A DNA stretch of 38,946 nt from the sequence record SRR31156797_3141. One strand, written 5' to 3'. A program made the position numbers and the translations under genes. How positions within the stretch are numbered: position 1 is the first letter of the stretch; every line of letters begins with the position of its first letter. The notes under the pieces are model-generated. The model was not told the origin of the DNA, ran no database searches, and was given only the letters and a program-made list of their open reading frames with translations. This document shows, piece after piece, positions 27,008 to 36,449 of the stretch.

Positions 27008-27559
27008 ATGAAAGATTGGGAAAAACATGCACTTGTAACGCTTGTAGCAGCCCCGTATATTCAAAAGGCTACTGCTTTAATTGGTGTTGCCCGCAAAGTT
27101 GGAGGCAATCAATTCAGACATATGATGGCTACCTTTACTATCCTTATTGATTACCACTACTTCGATCATGTTTTGCTCAAGGCATCACTGATACACGATC
27201 TTTTTGAAGATGTTCCTGATACTGATCGGGAAAAGATTCGACATCTCGATGAGCATGGGCATGATGTGGTAACTTTGGTAGAAGAAGTAACCCGCAGGCC
27301 AGGACAAACAAAAATTGAATATCTTGAACAGGTGATGAAGAATGGCTCAGATAATGCCAAAATACTGAAAGTTGCCGATAGGATCAGCAACATCACGGAT
27401 CTGCATCTCGACATCATGATCCAGGAAAAAATGGCCAATTACCTCGAACAGACCGTCAACTACATTTACCCAATGGCTGAAGAAGTGAATCATCTCATGG
27501 CCATCGAACTGCGAGACCTGGTTGAGCGCCGTAAGATGTATCTGAATGCATACCGTTAA
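27008..27559 (+). CDS. HD-domain protein of the RelA/SpoT hydrolase (small alarmone hydrolase/Mesh1) type
   Basis: RKVGG...RH, LIHDLFED, LVEEVT, LKVADRISN; no synthetase domain. Confidence 0.75.
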   Translation: MKDWEKHALVTLVAAPYIQKATALIGVARKVGGNQFRHMMATFTILIDYHYFDHVLLKASLIHDLFEDVPDTDREKIRHLDEHGHDVVTLVEEVTRRPGQTKIEYLEQVMKNGSDNAKILKVADRISNITDLHLDIMIQEKMANYLEQTVNYIYPMAEEVNHLMAIELRDLVERRKMYLNAYR

Positions 27560-27586
27560 AAAACTGACCAAAGCCATGAATTAGTT

Positions 27587-28015
27587 ATGCAGCAGGAATC
27601 CGAAAATCGTCCAGTGCCTGCAAACAGGCCTCAAATGCTTACCATATTATGTGTCCTGAGCTACATTGGCAGTGGATTGGCCAGTGTTGCATTCTTTTCA
27701 ATCTGGTCAACCTATCACGATGTAATACCGGTGCTGGCTGAATCGGAAGCCATGCTTCCCGGCATGGAGTATTTCGTTTCTGCCGGACGTAATTTTTATT
27801 TTGCCGGATTTATCCTGTATTTTTTATCATTGATTGGTGTTAGCCTTATGTGGCGGATGCGAAAAGCAGGGTTTCATTTTTACGCAGGTGCGCAAATCAT
27901 GATTGCGTTGCTGCCCATCGTTTATATTGATGGATTTCCGATTTCATTCCTCGAATGGATGTTAACAGCCGCTTTCATCATATTATATGCCCGTTTTTTC
28001 CGTTTGTTTACCTGA
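27587..28015 (+). CDS. Hypothetical membrane protein
   Basis: RP..LTILCVLSYIG, GVSLMWRMRKAGFHFY; about 4 TM helices. Confidence 0.8.
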   Translation: MQQESENRPVPANRPQMLTILCVLSYIGSGLASVAFFSIWSTYHDVIPVLAESEAMLPGMEYFVSAGRNFYFAGFILYFLSLIGVSLMWRMRKAGFHFYAGAQIMIALLPIVYIDGFPISFLEWMLTAAFIILYARFFRLFT

Positions 28016-28016
28016 G

Positions 28017-28481
28017 ATGCAAGAAATGAACGAACAGAAACAATCCATACCCTCAGGGGAAAATAACATCGAAAAATCCAACCCCGAACCAAAACAGGAA
28101 CGAAACCGCAACCTTGGCCTCTCCGTACTTTTAATTTTTTCGTTCGTTTACACCGGTATGCTGCTGCTTATTCTGATTGCCGGATTGTTTTATCCCGAGC
28201 TGGTGAAAGATACGTTGCAACAGTATTACAAGCAGGTTTATATTTCTTCCATCGTATCTTTTCTGATTAACTTTTCGGCAGCTATGATCATGGGTGTCGC
28301 TTTTTATGGATTGGTACTGCTTTGGCGATTTAAAAAACTGGGCTTTTATCTTTTTGCTTTTGCGCAAATGGCGGTGTTAATGACAATGGTACTCATACTC
28401 CAATCGTACGATTGGATTAACATTGCGTTGATCGTGATACTGCTGGCCATTTTATGGCTTTCCTCCAAAAACATGGATTAA
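28017..28481 (+). CDS. Hypothetical membrane protein resembling the upstream gene
   Basis: GLVLLWRFKKLGFYLF motif matches the upstream protein; likely start ATG 28017. Confidence 0.75.
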   Translation: MQEMNEQKQSIPSGENNIEKSNPEPKQERNRNLGLSVLLIFSFVYTGMLLLILIAGLFYPELVKDTLQQYYKQVYISSIVSFLINFSAAMIMGVAFYGLVLLWRFKKLGFYLFAFAQMAVLMTMVLILQSYDWINIALIVILLAILWLSSKNMD

Positions 28482-28521
28482 TCCTTATATTTGCCCGAAA
28501 GCCGGCATTTTTTAGCATCTC

Positions 28522-29094
28522 ATGCAAAACATCAACTTCCACAAATTTAATCTTATCGAATCCTATTTCGATAATCACAGCCTCAGGCATGGTATTAAAC
28601 ATACTTACCGTGTTATGGTACATGTGCTGGAGATTGGTGAACAGGCAAAACTGAACCATGAAATTTTGCCGGCATTTTGTGGCGCTTTTATCCACGATAT
28701 GGCACGCAAGCATGACGGATATTGTGTCCAGCACGGAGCATGGGCTGCACAAAACAAACTACCTTCCTTTTGGAAGTTGTTCCTTTCCGAGGGTGTTGAT
28801 GATGCCGGCTTTAAAGACATCAGCCTTGCTGTGAGTAATCATTCAGTTCACGAAGAAATCGAGGCTTCAAATGCCGCTTACAAAACCGTGGCACTGCTGA
28901 AAGATGCCGATGCGCTGGACCGGATAAGGATTTCGAAAAACTGCCTGGACCCTGAATATTTACGTTATCCCGTGTCCCATGATCTAATCGCATTTGCCGA
29001 AGATTTGTTCTATGAAACCGATAAAATGAGGATTGAAAGTTTTACAGAAATGCTCCAAATAGCCCGAAAAATTAGGGACAAGCACCCTGCGTAG
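28522..29094 (+). CDS. HD-domain metal-dependent phosphohydrolase
   Basis: HGIKHTYRV, IHDMAR, HG, NHS, LKDADALDRIR; TATATTTG promoter at 28486-28493. Confidence 0.82.
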   Translation: MQNINFHKFNLIESYFDNHSLRHGIKHTYRVMVHVLEIGEQAKLNHEILPAFCGAFIHDMARKHDGYCVQHGAWAAQNKLPSFWKLFLSEGVDDAGFKDISLAVSNHSVHEEIEASNAAYKTVALLKDADALDRIRISKNCLDPEYLRYPVSHDLIAFAEDLFYETDKMRIESFTEMLQIARKIRDKHPA

Positions 29095-29170
29095 GGCTCG
29101 CTTCCACTTTCCCGGTTGTAATGTTTTTCCGGTTCAATCGTTATCCCAATCCAATTAAAAAACTTCTATC

Positions 29171-29827
29171 TTGAGATATCTTCGAAAAATCCACCTGATA
29201 ATCATCGTAGCATTTGTTCTGCTATTCCAGAGTTGCATCGAAATCACCGAAAAAGTTATTGTGAATGATGACCGGTCGGGCAGCATGTCCCTTTCTGTGA
29301 GTCTCGGAACCAACAATCCGATACTTGCCCTTATTGGCCAGTATACCGATCTTGAAATGGATGACGACATGCTTGGTGATGTGGCACAGGCGGTTCAGGT
29401 TTTAAAATCCAGCGATGGAATCAGCAATGTGCAATTTGCCGATAATATGAGGAGAGGGAACATTAAACTCACCTTTGATTTTGAAAATGATAAAAGCCTG
29501 AACAAGGCACTCTATGCGGTTGGGGAGGTCGAGAAAGGTTTTTTTCAGCCCAATATCTACAAAGTGAAATCCGGCAAATTTGTTCGCAACAATACCACCA
29601 GATGGCTACTCATGTTTTTAAAACATGAAGAAGATAACCTGCCTGATGAAGCACTCTTCGATCTGGTGGAGGTGAAATCAATATATCAGATGCCAAAAGA
29701 AATTACAAGCGTAAAGTCCTCCGGAGACTATAAAACCTCATCAGATAACCGGACAATTGCCACTACCCACTTCCTGTCTGATCTTATAGACGAAAAAATC
29801 AACACAAGGGTTAAGGTGAAATATTAA
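29171..29827 (+). CDS. Hypothetical lipoprotein
   Basis: Lipobox LFQSC followed by IEITEKVIVNDDRSGS; TTG start; TGTAAT-N16-CGTTA at 29117-29143. Confidence 0.75.
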   Translation: MRYLRKIHLIIIVAFVLLFQSCIEITEKVIVNDDRSGSMSLSVSLGTNNPILALIGQYTDLEMDDDMLGDVAQAVQVLKSSDGISNVQFADNMRRGNIKLTFDFENDKSLNKALYAVGEVEKGFFQPNIYKVKSGKFVRNNTTRWLLMFLKHEEDNLPDEALFDLVEVKSIYQMPKEITSVKSSGDYKTSSDNRTIATTHFLSDLIDEKINTRVKVKY

Positions 29828-29838
29828 ATTGTCATAAC

Positions 29839-32800
29839 TTACTCGAGGACAACTTTTTTGGTTATGCTACTCCCATCGGATTTTAGTAACCGGATAAAAT
29901 AAATGCCCGGGCCAACATCACCCTCCAGTGAAATACTATATTCCCTGCTGCCCTTATCAAACAGCATTTTTTCATCCAATATGGTTTTCCCAAACAAATC
30001 AATGAGGCTTATTCTTGCTGATTGTTTTTCTGATGTGCTCCAAACAAAACGTATTGAATTTCCTGCAACCGGATTGGGATAAACCTCAAAGACCTGATCT
30101 GTGGTTTGGGAGCGCACTTCGGTTTCCTGAGTAAATTCATCAGCCACATCCAATCCCGACTTCAGGATTTCAACTTCATCCCATGAAATATTTATAAGTT
30201 TCTGATCAGCAGTTCCATTGAATGATACAACCTCGCCACCATCACTATCAATGGAAGAAAACCCTGTTTCTGAATCGATCAACAGTGTTAGGTCGTAATT
30301 TCTAAGGTCTTCAGGGAGCAATTCGGTGTTGATGTAAATCGTGAGTTCTTGTCCATCCAAAGCATAGGAGATTTCGCTTTGATCCCTCGCCAGCAGGTAT
30401 TCGTAAACCTCCTGTACCGGAGCCATCCAAATCCTGTCTGAACCACTCTTGCCGTAGGTTTGCTCAATGTAATTCATGTAATATTCAAAAGTGGGGAACA
30501 CCAGGCTTGCACCGGTTTGCTCGTACCGTACACGGTGCGTGAATTCGGTCCACCAGTAATGATTGCCATTTGTACTCCATTGTGCAACATCATCAAGATA
30601 CCTGCTCACATTATCCGGTGTAAATTCATCGTCATAAATCATTTTACGGTAAATGCGCAAACCATCAAAATTGATCGGGGCATCTATCGGGAGGCCATCC
30701 TGCAAACCAAGATAGCAACCGTGTTTCGAATAGTTCACCTTGTTGCCCAGGTCGAAAGCGGGTTGGATGTAGTTGGCGTCGCCACTGGGTGGAACAAAAT
30801 GGGTCATATCAATACCAGCCATCTGATTGACGTATTCCCTGTTCTGGGTAATCTCAAAGTTGTAATCAGTACTGCCATAAGCGGCATGCGAGTAACTGTG
30901 ATTTAGTACATCCCATCCGGCGTCATACATTTCGGTCAATTGTGTCCAGGTAATGTAATCCGGGGTGTTAATATGAAGATCAGAGTAGTTTGAGTTTACC
31001 GAATTCCAGGCCAGTGCTCCTCTAAAAGGAATGTCATTGCCACAACCATCCGTGTAGAACAAGCCGGGGTAATATGTAGAATTGGCTTCGATGTAACCTC
31101 CATTAAACATTTGAAAGGCGTAGGTGTAGGCGTCAATCCTGCTGTCGTCCAGGGTAAAGCTGTAGGCGAAGTCTTTGTTGTATTTCAGTTTGGCTTTTGA
31201 AACAGTCAGGTTTTCAGGAACCTCATCCAGTTGTATTGTTAGCATGATCCCCTGATCCGGAGAAAAATCTTCAATGGTGATGGTATTTGTTTCAGAAGTT
31301 GCAGTCAGCCCCTCGGTGTCGGTTACCATGGCGTAGATCTCATAAACTCCCGGTTCCTCAATGAAAAGGTCGGATTGGAAGGGAGAGGAAGCTGATTCAA
31401 AAACTTTTGTTCCATCCATAAAAAATTCCACCATTTGAACATCCAGGATTTCCTGTGAAGCTTCCACAATTGTGGCTACCAATGCTCCGGCACTTCCATC
31501 GCCGTTGTGGGCATTGTCCAGTTTATCATCGCCAAACCATAAATAAGGATTGGGGCCACCGGTAATTTCAATTTTTTGAATACCAATTTCGAAAAACCCG
31601 GCATCGGCACTGTATGGAAATTCGAAATAAGCAATCTCACTAAAATCGATTGTGGGATCAAAATCTGCAAGCGGAATGCTGATGGTTGTCCAATCGCTGA
31701 GATCACTTCCGGTTGCATCAACATATGGCGCTAAAACCAGCAATCCCTTTGCCTGCGGGCGTATGCGGATTTTGTTCCAGTTGACCTGATTACAGAATTT
31801 CTTCATCGTGATTTCAAGCGTTGTATTCCCTCCGTTTATCAAATCTACTTTCGGACTGTAAATACTGGTGGGATTGTTTCCAACCTTCACTTTTCTGTAC
31901 CCGGTTTGGGTGTTTGAAACCAGCATGTAGGCAGGCTCAGGCTGAATTATCCCTGTTACCTCAGCTTGAACATTTAGCTGGGCAGGCGCCGGAAGCGTTA
32001 ACTGATCATCCGGACATAATAATTCAACCTGAAGTTCAGAATACTGAACTGCTGGTGGCACAACGTCAAGGGTAATGTAGTTAGATAAAGCAATATTCCC
32101 TAAACTGGTGACAACTGCAGCCATCATACTGTAATTTCCTTCCTGCACTGACGGCATCTTGAAATTGAATGGAGGGAAGGATTTTTCGGCTACAAACACA
32201 TCATTTTGAAAAAATTCTACTTTACTGATGTATTCATCGGGGGGTGGTGGGATAATGGTTTCGGCAACGAGCTGTCCGGGGCTCCCATTTCCATCATGGG
32301 CATTATCAGTTTTTTCTTCACCAAACCAAACAAAATCATGCTGGCCACCTGTAAATTTCATCGAATAAATGTTCAGTTCAAAGTTTCCTGCATTGGTACT
32401 ATATGGAAACTCAAAAAAGGCCATATTTGAAAAATCTATGGACGGGTCAAAGTCAGTGAGGGGTATTTTTATCAGGTTTCCATCGGGCCCTACTCCTCCT
32501 GCAGCAACAACGTATTTATGAAGATTAAGGCTGCCGGTTGCCGAAGGCCTTATTCTTATTTTCGACCAGTTGGCATTGCCCAGCTCATCCGACAAAACAA
32601 TTTCAAGGGTATCGTTTCCAGAGGCAACCGGATTAATTTTTGGCCCATAAATACTACCGGCATTATAGCCGAATTTTATTTTCCGATACCCGGTTAAATC
32701 ATTGGTTACATGCAGATAAGGCTTTGGCAATGGGTCAGCCCCTGAAACAGTTGCATCAACAAAAAGATCAGCCGGAGCTTCAAGCACCTGGCCCTCCTGT

Positions 32801-33675
32801 GGCGAGCTGATACTTATGTTAAGGTTAACCTCAGGAGGTTCGTTTAAAAGTATTGTCACTGGTTGCGAAAGTTCTGTGGTTCCATCAAGATTGAGCACTT
32901 CGGCTGTGAGCGAATTCATGCCGGCCAGCTGGAATTCATGCAGAAAAGAAAATGGAAATTCGGTATCTTCTCCCAAGGGCTGGCCATTGAGGCTAAAAAT
33001 AACCTTCTCAACATTACTTATCGGTTCGGTGCCCAGATCAACTATGGCAAACAGTTGGCCGGGGCCGTTAAACCCATCATGAATGTTGTCGTTTTTGTTT
33101 TGGCCAAACCAGATATAGGGTACTGAGCTGCCTGTAAATTTTATTTCGCTGATGCCCAGATCAAACGGATCAGCATCCGCACTGTAAGGGAATTCGATAA
33201 AATTAACAGCCGTAAAATCGATGGATTCATCGAAATCAGCAAGTGGAATCGTAATAGTCGTCCAATCGTCAGCATTACCGCCGGCCTCAGCTATATAAGA
33301 TGAAAGATTTAAGGATCCTTTAGCTGTTGGCCGAAACCGGATTTTTGACCACTCAGCATCTCCGGTAAAATCTTTCAGGGTAATTTCAACCTTGTCATTT
33401 CCCGGCCCAACTACGTTAACGCTGGGGCTGTAAAGAATATCCGGATTGTTTCCAAGTTTTAGTTTCCTGTATCCGGTCTGATCGTTGATTACCCTTAGAT
33501 GGGCGGGTTCTCCGGGGATTACCCCATCCACTTCAGCAGTGAGGTTTACAACTGCAGGGATTTCAAATTCATCTCCATTTGTCGGGTTGGTAATGTGGAC
33601 TAACTGTCCGCTAACGTTTACGGTAATAAATGCACCAATCAATACCAGGATGAGAGGTAGCAGCTTTTTTTTCAT
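29839..33675 (-). CDS. T9SS-secreted multidomain protein: three Ig/CBM-like repeats, a NodB-type polysaccharide deacetylase and a CTD
   Basis: Signal peptide MKKKLLPLILVLIGAFITVNVSG (ATG 33675); three repeats of about 260 aa; FTLDD and NHSYSH motifs; CTD VYPNP...GIYFIRL...TKKVVLE. Confidence 0.85.
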   Translation of the reverse strand: MKKKLLPLILVLIGAFITVNVSGQLVHITNPTNGDEFEIPAVVNLTAEVDGVIPGEPAHLRVINDQTGYRKLKLGNNPDILYSPSVNVVGPGNDKVEITLKDFTGDAEWSKIRFRPTAKGSLNLSSYIAEAGGNADDWTTITIPLADFDESIDFTAVNFIEFPYSADADPFDLGISEIKFTGSSVPYIWFGQNKNDNIHDGFNGPGQLFAIVDLGTEPISNVEKVIFSLNGQPLGEDTEFPFSFLHEFQLAGMNSLTAEVLNLDGTTELSQPVTILLNEPPEVNLNISISSPQEGQVLEAPADLFVDATVSGADPLPKPYLHVTNDLTGYRKIKFGYNAGSIYGPKINPVASGNDTLEIVLSDELGNANWSKIRIRPSATGSLNLHKYVVAAGGVGPDGNLIKIPLTDFDPSIDFSNMAFFEFPYSTNAGNFELNIYSMKFTGGQHDFVWFGEEKTDNAHDGNGSPGQLVAETIIPPPPDEYISKVEFFQNDVFVAEKSFPPFNFKMPSVQEGNYSMMAAVVTSLGNIALSNYITLDVVPPAVQYSELQVELLCPDDQLTLPAPAQLNVQAEVTGIIQPEPAYMLVSNTQTGYRKVKVGNNPTSIYSPKVDLINGGNTTLEITMKKFCNQVNWNKIRIRPQAKGLLVLAPYVDATGSDLSDWTTISIPLADFDPTIDFSEIAYFEFPYSADAGFFEIGIQKIEITGGPNPYLWFGDDKLDNAHNGDGSAGALVATIVEASQEILDVQMVEFFMDGTKVFESASSPFQSDLFIEEPGVYEIYAMVTDTEGLTATSETNTITIEDFSPDQGIMLTIQLDEVPENLTVSKAKLKYNKDFAYSFTLDDSRIDAYTYAFQMFNGGYIEANSTYYPGLFYTDGCGNDIPFRGALAWNSVNSNYSDLHINTPDYITWTQLTEMYDAGWDVLNHSYSHAAYGSTDYNFEITQNREYVNQMAGIDMTHFVPPSGDANYIQPAFDLGNKVNYSKHGCYLGLQDGLPIDAPINFDGLRIYRKMIYDDEFTPDNVSRYLDDVAQWSTNGNHYWWTEFTHRVRYEQTGASLVFPTFEYYMNYIEQTYGKSGSDRIWMAPVQEVYEYLLARDQSEISYALDGQELTIYINTELLPEDLRNYDLTLLIDSETGFSSIDSDGGEVVSFNGTADQKLINISWDEVEILKSGLDVADEFTQETEVRSQTTDQVFEVYPNPVAGNSIRFVWSTSEKQSARISLIDLFGKTILDEKMLFDKGSREYSISLEGDVGPGIYFIRLLKSDGSSITKKVVLE

Positions 33676-33940
33676 ATAAAGTTTTTTGTTTATTGATCGG
33701 AACTTTTTAATCGGCCTAAATCTTATTTGTTTCAATCTGGGAAAAAACATCCCGATTCGGAACCCACTCCCAATAGCAAAATAATGCATCAAACAGTGAA
33801 AGTTTACCTTACACATAATGATGAGAAGGGCCAATCGAAACTGCTATCAACAGCGTGATTGGGGGAATAAGACCCGGGAATTGACCAGTTGATTAAGCAA
33901 ATAAAATCAAGGCATAATTAAAAGAACGCCGGTTAATGCG

Positions 33941-34927
33941 TTACAGTTTGACAAAAACCCTGCCTTGCATTTTTCCTTTTAAAATTTGACTGATCTCATG
34001 GGGTAGATCACCCAAATTAATTTCACGGGTCATTTCAAATAATTGATCAGGCTTCCATTCTCCGGCCAGCTTTTTCCAGATTGCCGCCCGATGCGGCATT
34101 TCACAATTCTGCGAATCAATGCCAATAAGTTTTACGCCCCGCAGGATGAATGGGAAAACGTTGATGGGAAGATCCGGTGAGGCCACATTGCCACATGCCG
34201 TAACAATGCCGTTCAGGTTTGTTGCTTTGATGGCGTTTGCCAGTATTTCGCCACCAACCGTATCCACCACACCGGCCCATTGTGGTTTTAAAATGGGGCG
34301 CTCTTTTTTTTCGAGCACTTTTTCTCTTGAAAGGATTGTTGTGGCGCCGAGGTTTTTCAGAAATGCATGGGCGCTTTCTTTGCCCGTAACAGCAGCCACT
34401 TCATAACCCAGCTTTGCAAGGATGGAAACAGCCAAACTTCCTACACCGCCGGTGGCTCCGGTAATCAGGACAGGGCCTTTTTCGGGACTGATTTCTTTTG
34501 CAATTTCTGCAACCGCCATGCCCGCAGTAAACCCGGCAGTTCCCAGAGCCATACTTTCTTTTGGAGATAATCCTTCCGGCATTTTAACAACCCATTCTGC
34601 AGGTACCCGGATGTACTGGCCAAATCCGCCTGAGGTGTTCATGCCCAGGTCATAGCTTGTAACGATGACCTCATCACCCGGCTCAAACCAATTGTTTGAA
34701 GATTCTTCAACAATTCCGGCAGCATCAATTCCGGGGGTATGCGGATAAGTTTTGGTAACTCCCCGGTTTCCCGACGCGGAAAGCGCATCTTTATAATTGA
34801 GTGATGAATAATGCACACGGATCAGTACGTCCCCTTCCAGGAGCTGAGCGGTATTGCGTTCTTTGATGGATCCTGTAAATTCTTTTTCGCCGGTTTGTTC
34901 AACGAGGTATGCCTGGTAGGTTTTCAT
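33941..34927 (-). CDS. yhdH: YhdH/YhfP-family (AcuI-like) zinc-independent quinone/enoyl oxidoreductase
   Basis: YSSLNYKDAL, PGIDAAG, GTAGFTA, ITGATGGVGS, VFPFILRGVKLIGIDS; likely start ATG 34927. Confidence 0.92.
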   Translation of the reverse strand: MKTYQAYLVEQTGEKEFTGSIKERNTAQLLEGDVLIRVHYSSLNYKDALSASGNRGVTKTYPHTPGIDAAGIVEESSNNWFEPGDEVIVTSYDLGMNTSGGFGQYIRVPAEWVVKMPEGLSPKESMALGTAGFTAGMAVAEIAKEISPEKGPVLITGATGGVGSLAVSILAKLGYEVAAVTGKESAHAFLKNLGATTILSREKVLEKKERPILKPQWAGVVDTVGGEILANAIKATNLNGIVTACGNVASPDLPINVFPFILRGVKLIGIDSQNCEMPHRAAIWKKLAGEWKPDQLFEMTREINLGDLPHEISQILKGKMQGRVFVKL

Positions 34928-35125
34928 AAAATCTCCATTTTGATTTTCAAAAAACGAAAGTAGGAAAAAGTGATGAATACGTTTAGGCATATCAAAATCG
35001 GCAGATGAGCCAAAACCTAAAATACCACAAAAGCTTTTGCCCCGGGGGAATGATTTTTTATTGGTGGCTTTCAAATAATAATTTCACTATATTTGACGGC
35101 CTAAAAAACAAAAGTTGAACCGGGA

Positions 35126-35254
35126 ATGAGGAATCCCCAAATCACACTGGCCTTTGACGAATACCGCAACCGCGGGATGGTGAGCCTGTGTTTTGATGAG
35201 GAACCCTCAATTGCATGGTCCGATCAATTGCAATCCGGTAAAACCGAATTTTAA
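35126..35254 (+). pseudogene. 42-codon ORF, possibly a remnant of a Bacteroidota tyrosine integrase gene
   Basis: Has its own TATATTTG promoter (35088-35095). MRNPQITLAFDEYRNRGMVSLCF...WS resembles, from memory, N-termini of Bacteroidota integron-like integrases. Lies just before an attC-like site. Confidence 0.3.
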
Positions 35255-35387
35255 AAGTAACATACTCATGCACTGATGAATAACTAATAATTTTAAAAAT
35301 GAAATTTTCACTAAAAAATATTCTTTTTAACGGCATACGTCCCAGAACAAAAAAAGAATATTTTTTGAAACGGTATTCATCAGCCCG

Positions 35388-35455
35388 ACGGCTGATAACA
35401 TGCGAGACATAATGAATTGAAACATCATCATACTCGCAAAACGTTGTGCTTCATT
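35388..35455 (+). mobile_element. attC-like cassette recombination site (degenerate)
   Basis: GATAAC-a-TGCGAG ... CTCGCA-aaac-GTTGTGC: outer AAC/GTT boxes, an inner 6-bp inverted repeat and unpaired extra bases; sits at the composition shift. Confidence 0.5.
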
Positions 35456-35464
35456 CTACAGACA

Positions 35465-36310
35465 CTAAAGTGATTTCAAATTTGACTTTTTATAATCGCC
35501 TGGACTCAAGCCTTTTATTTTTCTAAAGGTACGATTGAAGTGACTTATACTTTCAAATCCCGAAGAGAATGCAATGGTTTGTATGGATAGGTCTTTAGTA
35601 AGTATAAGCTGACAAGCATTCTCAATTCTTGCAATATTTACAAAGGTTATAAATGAATACCCGGAGTGTTGCTTAAACCAACGACAGAAAGACTGGGGAA
35701 CCATATGAGCAACTTGGGCAACTTGAATTACCGTAAGCCTTTTGTCGAGATTTTCAAGTATGTAGTTGTTAATTCGTGAGAATTTAAACTGTCCTGAAGT
35801 TTTTTCTAGTTTTACCTTATACCGCTCAGATGCTAATAGGCTATATTCCTGATGAACCTCCAGATTACCAAGTAATTTAATTAGGCTACTAATCCTTTCC
35901 AATTCATTGAGATCTCCAAATGTTTGAATATCCTTTATGAGTTGATAATTTGGGTTTTTAAATAGAATACCTCTTTTGGCTCTTTCAAAAAGAACTTGTA
36001 GACGATCACATTCTCTAAACATTTTAAAAAGTCCATCAGAAAACTGAAAGACAAAGGCTATTTGGTCATTTTCAGTTGTGGGACTAACCCAATGGTGAGG
36101 TAGATTTTTTCCAACCAAAACCAGATCTAAATCACCAAACGGTAATATGGAATCACCAATAAATCGTGTGCCTCTGCCTCTGTATATCAATGTTAATTCC
36201 ATTTCTGGGTGATAATGCCAGTAGGGTTTAAATGCTTTGGATACCAGCCTAAAATATTTAAAAGACTGCTGAGATTTCTTTAAGTTGATTTGCTCTAAAA
36301 CTGGCTTCAT
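35465..36310 (-). CDS. AraC-family transcriptional regulator with cupin sensor domain
   Basis: WHYHPEMEL, GTRFIGD, NLPHHW; C-terminal FCRWFK, RIENAC, SGFESISHFNRTF; TACTTTTG promoter at 36325-36332. Confidence 0.93.
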   Translation of the reverse strand: MKPVLEQINLKKSQQSFKYFRLVSKAFKPYWHYHPEMELTLIYRGRGTRFIGDSILPFGDLDLVLVGKNLPHHWVSPTTENDQIAFVFQFSDGLFKMFRECDRLQVLFERAKRGILFKNPNYQLIKDIQTFGDLNELERISSLIKLLGNLEVHQEYSLLASERYKVKLEKTSGQFKFSRINNYILENLDKRLTVIQVAQVAHMVPQSFCRWFKQHSGYSFITFVNIARIENACQLILTKDLSIQTIAFSSGFESISHFNRTFRKIKGLSPGDYKKSNLKSL

Positions 36311-36449
36311 GAACTGTATTTTAGCAAAAGTAAATAAAAATTACCTAATATTTGTTTAGATATGCATAGTATTGGTTAAATACCGAAAACATTAATCTTG
36401 AGACACCCATTAATTTTGTAAATATATTTTATCTAAAAAAGCGTTCAAC

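Noticed and set aside
33676-33834. N-terminal extensions given by the ORF track (also 13340, 19825, 27987, 35074)
   Set aside because: Downstream ATGs give proper signal peptides or family N-termini with A-rich leaders. Some extensions run over operators or neighbouring genes.
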